Counted from the first letter of the stretch, positions 17,821-27,891 are shown. The stretch: DNA of 64,000 nucleotides from an uncultured Candidatus Rokubacteria bacterium (GCA_963771355.1 CAVYTA010000006.1:1408001-1472000), one strand, 5' to 3'. Made by a program: numbers and translations. The notes: generated by a model from the letters alone, not told the origin.

Positions 17821-18462
17821 TCAGCGGCCGCGTAGTTTCCGCGCCGCCTCCGCCCGCAGGCGCTGCATCGCGTCCGTCTCCTGATCGGAGTAGCGCTCCT
17901 CTTTCCACGGGTCCGCGTGCATGTGGTAGCCGTTCAGCTCCCAGAAGCCGGGCGCGTTGACGTCGAGGAACTCGAAGGCCCGGAGCCACTTCGCGCTCTT
18001 CCAGAAGTAGAGCTTGGGCACCACCAGCCGCAGGGGTCCCCCGTGGTCCGGGGTGAGGTCCTGGCCATCGTGACGGAGGGCGAGGAGCACGTCGTCGTCC
18101 ACCAGCTCGGCGAGGGGGAGATTGGTGGTGTAGTCGGGATCGGCGTGGATGCGGACGAAGCGCGCCTCAGGCTTCACGCGCACCCGCCGCATGATCTCCC
18201 CGATGGGCACCCCCTCGAAGCGGTTGTCGAGGCGCGACCATCGCGTCACGCAGTGGATGTCGCAGCGCATCTCCGCGCGCGGCAGGGCCCGGAACTCGTC
18301 CCAGGACCAGGAGACTTCCGCCTCCACGAGGCCGAAGCATCGGAAGCTCCACTTCTTCGGGTCGAAGCGGGGCGTCTGCCCATAGGTGAGCACCGGCCAC
18401 TTCTCGGTGAGCACCTGGCCCGGGGGCACGCGGTGCGCCAGCTCGGGCGGAGGCTTCCTCAC
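17821..18462 (-). CDS. Molybdopterin-dependent sulfite oxidase-like oxidoreductase (YuiH-like)
   Basis: RVPPGQ..TEKWPVL, DIHCVTRWS, HGGPLRLVVP.LYFWKSAKW, GFWE.NGYH. Confidence 0.92.
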   Translation of the reverse strand: MRKPPPELAHRVPPGQVLTEKWPVLTYGQTPRFDPKKWSFRCFGLVEAEVSWSWDEFRALPRAEMRCDIHCVTRWSRLDNRFEGVPIGEIMRRVRVKPEARFVRIHADPDYTTNLPLAELVDDDVLLALRHDGQDLTPDHGGPLRLVVPKLYFWKSAKWLRAFEFLDVNAPGFWELNGYHMHADPWKEERYSDQETDAMQRLRAEAARKLRGR

Positions 18463-18746
18463 TCGCGGATCCAGGACTCGGCCAGCGGGATGTCGGGGAC
18501 GCGGCGCTTGCGCGCGCGGTCACGGTCGGGAGGCGCGGGAGACACAGGCGCCGGGCCGCCCGCGGGCGCCACCCGCAGCAGCGCCTCCACCTCGGCGCGC
18601 CGGTACAGGCGCTGGCGCTTGATCCCCTGCCGGTAGCTCCGGATGACGCCGCGGCTCACATAGGCGTAGAGCGACGCCGGCTTGATACCGAGCCGGGCCG
18701 CCGCCTCCTCCACGGTCAGGAACTCATCGCCGTCGAGCACGATCAT
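18459..18746 (-). CDS. Excisionase/MerR-like helix-turn-helix DNA-binding protein
   Basis: LTVEEAAARLGIKPASLYAYVSRG, the HTH type usually fused to citrate-synthase-like regulators. Confidence 0.85.
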   Translation of the reverse strand: MIVLDGDEFLTVEEAAARLGIKPASLYAYVSRGVIRSYRQGIKRQRLYRRAEVEALLRVAPAGGPAPVSPAPPDRDRARKRRVPDIPLAESWIRE

Positions 18747-18786
18747 CGCGCCTCCATCGTACAGGCCAGTCCGCCGGCGGGCAGCC

Positions 18787-18835
18787 GATTCAATGGGTGT
18801 CTACTTGAATCAATATAAATCATGTATAGTCAATC
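18787..18835. promoter_or_regulatory. AT-rich operator/divergent promoter region
   Basis: GATTCAA-N11-TTGAATC inverted repeat plus repeated TCAAT in an AT island between the HTH gene and citrate synthase. Confidence 0.55.
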
Positions 18836-18877
18836 TGTACCGAAACCGGCTCGGCAACCTACGAGGAGGGACCACCC

Positions 18878-20074
18878 ATGGTGACGGCGACGCGGGACGA
18901 CTGGAAGGCGGGCCTGGAAGACGTAGTGGCGGCACGGTCGGCGATCTGCGCGGTGGACGGCACGGCGGGGCGCCTGTACTACCGGGGCTACGAGATCGGC
19001 GACCTCGCCGGGCGCGTCTCGTTCGAGGAGGTCACCCAGCTCCTCTGGGAGGGCGAGCTGCCCGAGCCCGCCTCTGGCCGCGCCTTCGCCGCCCTCCTCG
19101 CGGAGGCGCGCGGCCTGCCCGCCGAGGTGGCGGCGCTGCTCCATACCCTGCCCCGCGACTGCCACCCCCTGGACGCGCTCCGCACCGCGATCTCCCTGGC
19201 CGCCATCCGCGATCCCGACGTCCGGTCCAGCGACCCCGCCGCCAACCACCGCAAAGCGATCCGGTTGATGGCGCTGGTGCCGGAGGCGGTGGCGGCGTGG
19301 CACCGCATCCGGTCGGGTCGCGAGCCGGTGGCGGGCCCCCGCGACGGCGCGCACGCCGCCCACTTCCTCCACCTCCTGGAGGGCCGGGCGCCGACGGCCG
19401 AGGTGGCGCGCGTCCTGGACGTCATCCTCACCCTCCACGCCGACCACGAGCTCAACGCCTCCACCTTCGCGGCGCGCGTGGCGGTGGCCACGCTCGCCGA
19501 TCTCCATGCCGCCGTGGTCGCCGCCATTTCGACCCTCAAGGGTCCCCGCCACGGGGGGGCCAACGACGACGTGCTCGCCATGCTCCACGAGATCGGCGAC
19601 CCCACGCGCGCCGAGGCGTACGTCGAGGCACGCATCGGCGGGCGCGGCCGCCTCTCCCGGGCCGAGCGCGCCGACCCCCGGGCACGCATGCCCGGCTTCG
19701 GCCACCGCGTCTACAAGGTGGATGACGCGCGGGCGCGCGTCCTGCGCGGCATGGCCCGCGACATGGCCGAGGCCACCGGACGCACGCAGCTCTTCGAGGT
19801 CGCGGAGGCCGTGTACGCGGCGGTGACCTCCCGCACCGGGCTCCCCGTGAACGTGGACTTCTTCTCCGCGGTGGTGTACGACGCCCTCGGCATCCCGCCC
19901 GACTTCTGCACCTCGATCTTCGCCACCGGCCGCGTGGCCGGCTGGTGCGCCCACGCGCTCGAGCAGTTCGCCGACAACCGCCTCATCCGGCCGCGCGCCC
20001 ACTTCATCGGGCCGTCCCCCCGTCCCCTCTCCCGGCCGCTGCCACCGGTCTCTCCGCCTCCCCGGCCGCGCTGA
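18878..20074 (+). CDS. Citrate synthase / 2-methylcitrate synthase
   Basis: GLEDVVA, LYYRGY, HADHELNASTF, GPRHGGAN, GFGHRVYK, NVDFFS, RLIRPR. Confidence 0.95.
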   Translation: MVTATRDDWKAGLEDVVAARSAICAVDGTAGRLYYRGYEIGDLAGRVSFEEVTQLLWEGELPEPASGRAFAALLAEARGLPAEVAALLHTLPRDCHPLDALRTAISLAAIRDPDVRSSDPAANHRKAIRLMALVPEAVAAWHRIRSGREPVAGPRDGAHAAHFLHLLEGRAPTAEVARVLDVILTLHADHELNASTFAARVAVATLADLHAAVVAAISTLKGPRHGGANDDVLAMLHEIGDPTRAEAYVEARIGGRGRLSRAERADPRARMPGFGHRVYKVDDARARVLRGMARDMAEATGRTQLFEVAEAVYAAVTSRTGLPVNVDFFSAVVYDALGIPPDFCTSIFATGRVAGWCAHALEQFADNRLIRPRAHFIGPSPRPLSRPLPPVSPPPRPR

Positions 20075-20160
20075 TCCCGCCCGCCGATCCTTGGCCCGCC
20101 CCGCGGAGCCCCCCTATAATGGGGACCAGAGGGCGGGCCGCCCCGCAGGAAGGACGGAGG

Positions 20161-20922
20161 ATGAGCGACGACAGGAAGCTCGCGATGTTCATCGACTTCG
20201 AGAACATCGTGCGCGGGGTCAAGGAAGCGCAGTACAAGCAGTTCGAGATCAAGCTGGTGCTGGAGCGGCTCGTCGAGAAGGGCAAGATCATGGTGAAGCG
20301 GGCCTACGCGGACTGGAACCGCTACACCGAGTACAAGCGCCCCTTCCACGAGCACGCCATCGAGCTCATCGACGTCCCCCAGAGCCGGTATAGCGGCAAG
20401 AACTCGGCGGACATCCGGATGGTGGTGGACGCCATGGACCTCGCCTACGCCAAGCAGTACATGGACACCTTCGCGCTGGTCTCGGGCGACTCCGACTTCT
20501 CTCCCTTGGTCTCGAAGCTACGGGAGAATGATAGGTATGTGATAGGGCTCGGGGTGAAGTCGTCCTCCTCCGAGCTGCTCGTGGGCAACTGCGATGAGTT
20601 CATCTTCTACGAGGACCTCATCCGCGAATCCCGGAAGACCACCGCGCTCCGCGGGCTCCCGGAGAAGAAAGCCGAGGCCTTCGCCCAGCTCATCGAGGCG
20701 ATCCTCGCGCTGCAGCGCGAGAACAAGGACACCCTCTGGGGTTCCATGGTCAAGCAGACCATGATCCGGAAGAACCCGGCCTTCAACGAGACGTACTACG
20801 GGTACTCGACCTTCTCCAAGCTCCTCGAGGAGGCCGAGAAGCAGAAGATCCTCACTCTCGAGCGCGACGCGAAGAGCGGCACGTACATAATTACCTCCCT
20901 CGAGGAGGGCCGCGCCGCCTAG
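20161..20922 (+). CDS. NYN (LabA/DUF88) domain protein with C-terminal OST-HTH
   Basis: FIDFEN, KRAYADW, KNSADI, SGDSDF, CDEF, YGYSTFSKLL; TATAAT at 20115-20120. Confidence 0.93.
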   Translation: MSDDRKLAMFIDFENIVRGVKEAQYKQFEIKLVLERLVEKGKIMVKRAYADWNRYTEYKRPFHEHAIELIDVPQSRYSGKNSADIRMVVDAMDLAYAKQYMDTFALVSGDSDFSPLVSKLRENDRYVIGLGVKSSSSELLVGNCDEFIFYEDLIRESRKTTALRGLPEKKAEAFAQLIEAILALQRENKDTLWGSMVKQTMIRKNPAFNETYYGYSTFSKLLEEAEKQKILTLERDAKSGTYIITSLEEGRAA

Positions 20923-21116
20923 CCCCGGCGGGGCGTCCGGCCGCGATGCGTGGCGGCCGATTTTTGCTCCGCGCGCCCGTCGATCTTGCCTCACCTCGGG
21001 GTCTCGCGTATTGTGAACTCACCCCTGAAGCTACCCTATGGTGCTGCGGTTGAACCGGATGCATTCGATCGCTGACTCAGATAACGAGACGCCGGATCAC
21101 GAGACGAAGGAGAAGC

Positions 21117-21722
21117 GTGACGCGAACGGCAAGCCTGGCCGCCCTGGCGCTGGCCCTCTGGGTGAGCGCGTGCTCCGGCCAGACGGATCGAACCACGGCG
21201 GGCTCCATCACGGTGGATCCCGTGATGACCAAGGGCCCCGCGGAGGCCGTCGTCACCATCGTCGAGTTCTCGGACTACCAGTGACCCTTCTGCAAGCGAG
21301 CCCAGCAGGTGCTGGGCCAGGTCATGGCGGAATTCCCGGGTCAGGTGCGCCTGGTCTTCAAGGACTTCCCGCTCGACTTCCACGACCGCGCCCGGCCGGC
21401 GGCGCGGGCGGCGCGCTGCGCGGGCGAGGCGGGACGCTTCTGGGAGTACCACGACCTGCTCTTCGTCGGCCAGTCAGACTTGAGCCAGGAGCGCCTGCTC
21501 CAGTACGCGGACCAGGTGGGCATGGGCCGCGAGACCTTCGCGCGATGCCTGGACGGCGAGCGCTTCCAGACGGAAGTGGAGAAGGACCTGGACGAGGGCC
21601 GCGCGCTCGGGGTGACCGGAACGCCGACCTTCTTCATCAACGGCCGCCGGCTGGTGGGCGCGCATCCGGTCGAAACCTTCCGCGAGGTCGTGCGCGAGGC
21701 TCTGGAATCTGCCCGGCGCTAG
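21117..21722 (+). CDS. DsbA/BdbD-like thioredoxin-fold lipoprotein, selenoprotein (UPFC active site)
   Basis: AAGGAG RBS + GTG, lipobox VSAC, VTIVEFSDYQ-TGA-PFC in frame with the downstream DsbA body (KDFPL, GVTGTPTFFING). Confidence 0.88.
21300..21317 (+). promoter_or_regulatory. Bacterial SECIS hairpin
   Basis: GCCCAGC-AGGT-GCTGGGC stem-loop starting 16 nt after the in-frame UGA (21282-21284), with G in the apical loop. Confidence 0.75.
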
Positions 21723-21758
21723 CGTCGGGAGAACCGTACCTGGTCGGGAGAGCGTGAG

Positions 21759-22091
21759 ATGAGCGAGGCAATGACGAGTCACTTCGTGAGCACCGCGGAC
21801 GTGCCGTGGGTGGAGCGACGCCCGGGCGTGTTCTGGAAGACAGTATGGGAAGACCCGGATGGCCGGCACAAGGCCATCCTCATGCGGTACGCGCCGGGGG
21901 CCGTCATTCCCCGGCATCGCCACCTCGGGGACGAGCAGATCTACGTGCTCGAGGGCAGCGTCGCCGACGAAACCGGAGTATGCACCGCAGGCAACTATGC
22001 CCGGCGCCCGCCGGGCTGCGTCCACAGCGTCCGGAGCGAGACGGGTGCGCTCGTCTTCGCCGTGACGTCGGGACCCACGGAGGCCGTCTGA
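21759..22091 (+). CDS. ChrR-like cupin domain protein
   Basis: PGAVIPRHRHLGDEQIYVLEGS...PPGCVHS. Confidence 0.88.
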   Translation: MSEAMTSHFVSTADVPWVERRPGVFWKTVWEDPDGRHKAILMRYAPGAVIPRHRHLGDEQIYVLEGSVADETGVCTAGNYARRPPGCVHSVRSETGALVFAVTSGPTEAV

Positions 22092-22092
22092 G

Positions 22093-22329
22093 ATGGAGCG
22101 TCGCGTGAACCACGTCCGCAAAGCGCTGGGAATGAGAATTCGCGGGCTCCGCAAGGAGCGCGGCTGGAGTCAGGAAGCGCTGGGCGAACGCTCCGCGTTG
22201 TCCGGCAAGTTCATCGGCGAGGTCGAGCGCGGCGAGAAGTCGATCTCGGTGGACAGTCTCTACCGCGTCTCGGTCGCGCTGAAGATCCAGTTGCGCAAGC
22301 TCATCGACCTGCCCGCGCGCCCGCAGTAG
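22093..22329 (+). CDS. XRE family helix-turn-helix regulator
   Basis: LGMRIRGLRKERGWSQEALG...IGEVERGEKSISV. Confidence 0.9.
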   Translation: MERRVNHVRKALGMRIRGLRKERGWSQEALGERSALSGKFIGEVERGEKSISVDSLYRVSVALKIQLRKLIDLPARPQ

Positions 22330-22336
22330 GGGCGCG

Positions 22337-22825
22337 TCAGCGGTCCACGGGCCCGAGGTCGAGGGCATCGGTGAGGGTGCCGAGCAGGAGGGCGAGGTTG
22401 GCCCGCACCCCGTCGTCGTAGTCCGCCGCCGCCCCGCCGCCTCCGTAGAGCGTGGCGAGAATGTGGGTGACCAGGCTCGGGTGCGCCGCGCCGTCCATCG
22501 CGCGCACCACGGTGCCGGGATCGGCCGTTTCCTGCCCGTCCAGCCAGGCCCGGGTGGCCGCGTAGGCGTCGGTGATGCGCGCCTCCGCCAGCTCCGGGAA
22601 CGGCCGCCCCAGGCTCCGCTCCAGCACCTTGAAGAGCAGGAAGCACAGCCCGAGGCCCGCGCGCTGGACGGTCTCGTTGGCGCCCCGAGTGACCGCGTGG
22701 GAGAAGGCGACGACGTGCGGCTGTTGCGCGAGGAAGGCCTGGGCTTCCACCGCCACCCGTTCGGGCGCGTAGCCCGTCATCTCGCGCCACACCTCGTCGA
22801 CGAGCTCCGGGTCGATTCCGCGCAA
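22337..22825 (-). CDS. Hypothetical protein
   Basis: AAGGAG RBS + TTG; host-like codon usage; alpha-helical pattern (FLAQQPHV). Confidence 0.65.
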   Translation of the reverse strand: MRGIDPELVDEVWREMTGYAPERVAVEAQAFLAQQPHVVAFSHAVTRGANETVQRAGLGLCFLLFKVLERSLGRPFPELAEARITDAYAATRAWLDGQETADPGTVVRAMDGAAHPSLVTHILATLYGGGGAAADYDDGVRANLALLLGTLTDALDLGPVDR

Positions 22826-22915
22826 AACTCCTTGCCCCGCTGGGACGTCTCCGGTAAGGTGAACCGCTGGAATTCTAGCACGCAGCCGCGGGGAGCCCCC
22901 GGGAGCGAAAGGCAG

Positions 22916-23200
22916 ATGACCGGAGAGCATGTCTGGGTGGCGGTAGGCTTTCTCGGGCAGACGCTCTTCTTCATGCGCTTCTTCTTCCAGTGGATCGCCT
23001 CCGAGAAGCGAAAGGAGAGCGTCATCCCGGTGGTGTTCTGGTACTTCTCCATCGGCGGCGGCCTCGTGCTCCTGATCTACGCCATCTACCGCCGTGACCC
23101 TGTCTTCATCGTCGGCCAGGGCTGCGGGCTCTTCGTCTACCTGCGCAATCTCTTCCTCATCCGCCAGAAGGAGCGCCGGCTCGCTGAAGCCGGCGCCTGA
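22916..23200 (+). CDS. Lipid A biosynthesis N-terminal (LAB_N) domain membrane protein
   Basis: GFLGQ.LF.MRF..QW.ASEK.K.SVIP..FWYFS..GG..LL.YAI.R.DPVFI.GQ. Confidence 0.9.
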   Translation: MTGEHVWVAVGFLGQTLFFMRFFFQWIASEKRKESVIPVVFWYFSIGGGLVLLIYAIYRRDPVFIVGQGCGLFVYLRNLFLIRQKERRLAEAGA

Positions 23201-23229
23201 TCCCGGCGGGGAGCCTCGGAGGACCATTC

Positions 23230-24456
23230 ATGGAGTCCGGCATCCAGTGGGGCACGCCGCAGGGCCGTGCGATCCTCATGATCCCCGGCCCCACCGAGCT
23301 GCCCTGGTCGGTGGTCCAGGCGATGAATCAGCCGCCGACCATCCAGTACGACATGAACTTCGACGTGAACGTGCTCGAGCCCACCACCCTGGCCCTGCGC
23401 GACGTCTTCCAGACGCCCCGGGGCGAGGTCATCGTGATGCCGGGATCGGGCCGTACCGCGCTGGAGGCGGGCGCGATCTCCGTGATCGAGCCGGGTGACC
23501 GGGTGCTGGTGGTGGTGGCGGGCGTGTTCGGCGTGCTCATGCGCGAGATCATGGTGCGCGCGGGCGCGGAGGTCACCGAGTTCTCCGTGGAGTGGGGCCG
23601 GCCCCTCGACCTGGCGCAGCTCGAGCGCGAGATCGAACGCGTGCGGCCGAAGGCCGTCACCATGGTGCACAACGAGACCTCGACCGGCAGCACCTACCCT
23701 GCCGCCGAGGTGGGCCGGGTGGTCAAGCGCCACCGCGCGCTCTACCTCCTCGACACCGTGTCCTCGCTGGCCGGCATCGACGTGCGGACCGACGAGTGGG
23801 GCATCGACCTCAACATGACGGGATCGCAGAAATGCCTGGCCGCGCCGCTGGGGATGGCCCTGGCCTCCGTCGGCCCCGCCGCGTGGGACGCCATGGAGCG
23901 GCGCAAGCACAAGGCCAGCTCGCTCGTCTACGATCTGCTGCGCTGGAAGGAGAACTGGATCCCCACCTCTCGCGGAGGGCAGATCCCCGACGGCCAGGGC
24001 CGCCGCCAGCCGGTTTCCATCCCCACCCACCTCACCGCCGCCCTCGCGGAAGCTGCGCGGCTGATCCGGGAAGAGGGGCTCCCGAATCGCTTCCGCCGTC
24101 ACGCGGTGGCGGGCGCGGCGTTCCGGGCGGGTCTCGACGCCATGCGGCTCGAGATGTTCCCCGAGGCCGCCATCGCCTCGGATACCGTGTCCTGCTTCAA
24201 GACCCCGGCGGGGATCGATCCCGCCGCGGTGGTGAAGCACATGCGGGACCGCTACGGCATCCTCATCGGCACCGGGCTCGACAAGATCCGCACCACCACC
24301 CTCCGCGTCGGCCACATGGGGATCACCGCCAACCCGATGTACGTGCTGCCCACGCTGTCGGCGCTGGAGCTCACGCTGCGCGACCTGGGCCACCGCAGCG
24401 AGTCCGGGGCGGGCGTGGCCGCCGCCCAGGCCGTGTTCTCGGCGAAGACCGCGTGA
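23230..24456 (+). CDS. Class V PLP aminotransferase (alanine-glyoxylate/serine-pyruvate family)
   Basis: LMIPGPT, SGR.ALE, VHNETSTG, DTVSS, GSQKCL, RVGHMG. Confidence 0.95.
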   Translation: MESGIQWGTPQGRAILMIPGPTELPWSVVQAMNQPPTIQYDMNFDVNVLEPTTLALRDVFQTPRGEVIVMPGSGRTALEAGAISVIEPGDRVLVVVAGVFGVLMREIMVRAGAEVTEFSVEWGRPLDLAQLEREIERVRPKAVTMVHNETSTGSTYPAAEVGRVVKRHRALYLLDTVSSLAGIDVRTDEWGIDLNMTGSQKCLAAPLGMALASVGPAAWDAMERRKHKASSLVYDLLRWKENWIPTSRGGQIPDGQGRRQPVSIPTHLTAALAEAARLIREEGLPNRFRRHAVAGAAFRAGLDAMRLEMFPEAAIASDTVSCFKTPAGIDPAAVVKHMRDRYGILIGTGLDKIRTTTLRVGHMGITANPMYVLPTLSALELTLRDLGHRSESGAGVAAAQAVFSAKTA

Positions 24457-25415
24457 TCGTCGTCCCCGACGACTTCCCGTCGGTGTTCCAGGGCTCGGCC
24501 GCCCAGGAGCGCGCCAAGGCCCTGGGCGCGCTGCGCGTCTTCAGCGAGCGCGGGGCCGATCAGGAGCAGGAGCTGATCCGCCGCATCGGTGATGCCCGGG
24601 TCGCCATCAATATCCGGGCGCACGCTCGCTTCGGCGACGGCGTGTTCGTCGCTTGCCCCGCGCTCAAGATGGTCTCGGTGTGGGGCACCGGCACCGACAA
24701 CATCGACCTCCACGCCGCCGGCATGCGGGGCGTCACCGTCTGCAACACCCCCGGGGTCAACGCCTTCGCGGTGGCGGAGCACGCGCTCACGCTCATGCTC
24801 GCGGTGGCGCGGAAGATTCCCGCCATCGACCGGGAGATGCACGCGGGCAAGTGGCCGCGCGAGATGCTCACCCAGCTCCTGGGCAAGACCCTGGGCGTGT
24901 TCGGCATGGGCACCATCGGGAGCCGGGTGGCCGCGCTCGGACGCGCCATCGGGATGGACGTGCTCGCGTGGAGCGCGCGCGGCGACGAGGGCCGCATCCG
25001 CGCGGCGGGGGCGCGCGCGGCGACCAAGGAGGATCTCCTGCGCCAGGCCGACGTGGTGAGCCTGCACGTGCGGCTGGCCGAGGACACGCGCGGCTTCATC
25101 GGCCGGAAGGAGCTCGCGATGATGAAGCCCACCGCCATCCTCGTGAACACCGGCCGGGGGGCGCTGGTGGAGCGGGACGCGCTCATCGCCGCGCTCCGCG
25201 AGGGGAAGATCCTGGGCGCCGGGCTCGACGTCTTCCACCACGAGCCGCTGGCGCCGGACGACCCCATCCTGACATTGCCGAACATCATCTGCTCGCCGCA
25301 CAATGCCGGGCAGACCCCGGAGGTCGTGCGGGACGGCCTCCTGCGCGCCGTGGCCAACGTCGAGCACTTCCTGGCCGGCAACCCCACCGACGTCGTCGTC
25401 GCCCCCGTCCGATAA
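24453..25415 (+). CDS. D-2-hydroxyacid dehydrogenase (SerA-like, no ACT domain)
   Basis: GTDNID, AVAEH, GMGTIG, VNTGRG, GLDVF..EP, SPHNAG; GTGA overlap. Confidence 0.92.
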   Translation: MIVVPDDFPSVFQGSAAQERAKALGALRVFSERGADQEQELIRRIGDARVAINIRAHARFGDGVFVACPALKMVSVWGTGTDNIDLHAAGMRGVTVCNTPGVNAFAVAEHALTLMLAVARKIPAIDREMHAGKWPREMLTQLLGKTLGVFGMGTIGSRVAALGRAIGMDVLAWSARGDEGRIRAAGARAATKEDLLRQADVVSLHVRLAEDTRGFIGRKELAMMKPTAILVNTGRGALVERDALIAALREGKILGAGLDVFHHEPLAPDDPILTLPNIICSPHNAGQTPEVVRDGLLRAVANVEHFLAGNPTDVVVAPVR

Positions 25416-25420
25416 ACCGC

Positions 25421-26179
25421 ATGGTCCTCAGGGAGGACCGCGGGTCCGTGGCCGTGCTCCGGATCCAGCACGGGCGGGCCAACGCGCTCGATCCGGAGCT
25501 CCTGGGCGCCATCGGGCAGGCGCTCACCGCCGCAGAGGACGCGGGGGCGATCGTCCTCACCGGCACCGGCCCGATGTTCTCCGCCGGCGTCGATCTGAAG
25601 CGCCTGGCCGCCGGCGGCTCCAGCTATCCCGCCGCGCTCCTCCCCGCACTCTCCGACTGCTTCGCCCGCCTCTTCTTCCATCCTCGCCCGGTGCTCGCCG
25701 CCGTCAACGGTCACGCCATCGCCGGCGGGTGCGTGCTGGCCTGCGCCGCCGACCGGCGGCTGGGCACGCGGGGCCCCGGCCGCATCGGGGTCACCGAGCT
25801 GCTGGTCGGAGTCCCCTTCCCCGCCATCGCGCTGGAGATCATGCGGTCGGTGACGACAGGCCCCGCCTTGGCGGAGATGCTCTACACGGGGCGGACCTGG
25901 GACATGGCGGACGCGGAGGCGCGCGGGCTGGTGGACGCCCTCGTGGATCCCGACGCCCTGATGGACACGGCCGTGAGGGAGGCGGCGGCGCTCGCTGCCC
26001 TGCCCGCGCAGAGCTTCACTCTTACCAAGGCGCAGGCGCGTCAGCCCATCCGCGATTTTCTGAGCCTCCACGCGGCGCGCCTCGACGGCGAGGTGGCGCG
26101 GATCTGGAGCGCCGCGCCCGCGCAGGACGCCATCCGGCGCTATGTGGACAAGACGCTCGGGGGGACCGCGCGCGACTAG
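25421..26179 (+). CDS. Enoyl-CoA hydratase/isomerase family protein
   Basis: ANAL, FSAGVDL, AVNGHAIAGG.VLA.AAD.R, E..VG. Confidence 0.92.
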   Translation: MVLREDRGSVAVLRIQHGRANALDPELLGAIGQALTAAEDAGAIVLTGTGPMFSAGVDLKRLAAGGSSYPAALLPALSDCFARLFFHPRPVLAAVNGHAIAGGCVLACAADRRLGTRGPGRIGVTELLVGVPFPAIALEIMRSVTTGPALAEMLYTGRTWDMADAEARGLVDALVDPDALMDTAVREAAALAALPAQSFTLTKAQARQPIRDFLSLHAARLDGEVARIWSAAPAQDAIRRYVDKTLGGTARD

Positions 26180-26182
26180 CGG

Positions 26183-26212
26183 TTGACAAGCCGGGCTCCC
26201 CCTTCCTATTCT
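26183..26212 (+). promoter_or_regulatory. Sigma-70-type promoter
   Basis: TTGACA-N18-TATTCT. Confidence 0.6.
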
Positions 26213-26405
26213 CAGCCGGACTCGCCCCAAACGTCCGACCCGCTCCCAGGGGAGGTCGTATGGTCCTCGCTCGGGCCTTCGCATTCGGTCCTTGCGTCCG
26301 CGCTGGCGCGGTCACGTGCCGGTGCCCGCGCCCTCCTCCGCCATCGGCCTGGCCGTCACCCTCACGCCTCGCAGCGCACCCGCGGGACTCAACGAGGAGG
26401 CCCGA

Positions 26406-27891
26406 ATGGCACGCGTGATGGACAATCCGGGCTCGATCGCGTCCGACGAGCGCACCATACACAAGGTCCCCGACCCATTTCCCCTGACCCTGGCGGGCAT
26501 GCTGGCCGCGCTCGGCCCGCAGGCCATCAACTTCGGCATCTCGATCGGCGGCGGCGAGGCCTATCTCCTCCCGAACGTGTCCGCGCGCGGGACGCTCGGG
26601 ATGCACTGGCTCATGGCCATCTCGGTGGTCCTCGAGACCGCGCTCGTCTACGAGTGCATCAAGTACAGCGTCTGCACCGGTCGCTCGTTCTTCGCCGCGA
26701 CCAACGAGCTCAAGCCGCTCGGCTTCTGGCCGTGGTTCTGGACCGTGGTGACCATCGCCACCTTCGCGTGGCCGGCGTGGATGGGCGGCGCCGTCATCGC
26801 CGCGCACCGCTTCACCGGCATCGGCAATCCGCCCGTCCTGGGCCTCCCGCCGCACTACATCTGGGCGGTGGTGGCCCTCCTCGCCGTGCTCGTCGTCTTC
26901 TATTTCTCCGATCGGACCTACAACTTCCTCTCGAAGTTCTTCACCTTCATCATGTTCGCGAACATCGTGCTGGTGCTGGCGGTGACCCTCATCGCGGCGA
27001 AGCCCCAGCACTACTGGCAGGTCCTGATGGGCTATCTCGGCATCACCTTCATGCTCGAAGGGTATCCCGCCGCCCTGCCCAAGACCGACGCCCTCGCCCT
27101 CTTCAATCAGCCCGGCGGGAGCCTCATGTGGGTGAGCTTCTGGGTCATCGCCGCGGGCTTCGGCATGGGCCGCTACGCGGGGCAGGTCACCGGGGTGCTT
27201 CGCCCGCCGGAGCGGATCACCGCCCACGAGCTGCGCTGGGACAGCTCGGATGCCGGAGGAGCGGCGGAAGATGGACCAGTGGGTGAAGATCGGCGGCTAC
27301 AGCCTCATCCTCTGGTGGGCGATCATCGGCGGCCTCATCATGACCTATCTCTACTCCGTATGCGGCCTCGCCTACCTCCACGAGGACTTCCTCAAGACGG
27401 GCAAGATCCCCACCGGCGTCGAGGTCCCGATCCAGATGGCCACCATCGCCCAGGGGGTGCTGGGACCGATGGCGGGCTGGCTCATGCTGGTCTTCATCAT
27501 GGTCACGCTTTACGACGCCCAGTTCCCGCTCTACGACACCTTCATCGGGCGCACCACCTGCGATGCCATCGCGGTCACCGGGCGGGCCCGCCGGCCGTAC
27601 CGCTTCTACTACTTCGTCGTGGTCACCGCCGCGGTCGCGGCGGGCTTCTACCTGATCACGGTGGCCCAGCCCTTCATCTTGTGGATCGGGGTGGCCATCT
27701 CGGCGCTGGTCTATCGCTCGATCGGAGCCTGGCAAATTCTATTGTTGAACAACCGGCGCCTTCCCGAGGGCTTCAAGGTGAGCCGGCTCAACACCGTGCT
27801 CCTGTGGATCACCATCGTCACCGGCTTCGGGGGGGTCGGGATCTGGGCGGTCACGGTGCTCCCCGGGGAGATCGCCAAGCGGTTCGGATGA
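26406..27891 (+). CDS. Nramp/APC-superfamily transporter, with one frameshift near 27250
   Basis: LGP..I.FG.SIGGGE, Y...TG.SF; 11-12 TMs spread over two frames (26406-27250 and 27250-27891); GAGGAGG RBS. Confidence 0.8.

Noticed and set aside
18459..18746. Excisionase of an integrated element
   Set aside because: No integrase, att repeats or compositional shift; the motif matches the citrate-synthase-associated HTH type.
20505..20560. Short lower-GC patch within the NYN gene (similar at about 9060-9120)
   Set aside because: The protein motifs continue normally, and the patch is too short to support transfer or a hidden element.
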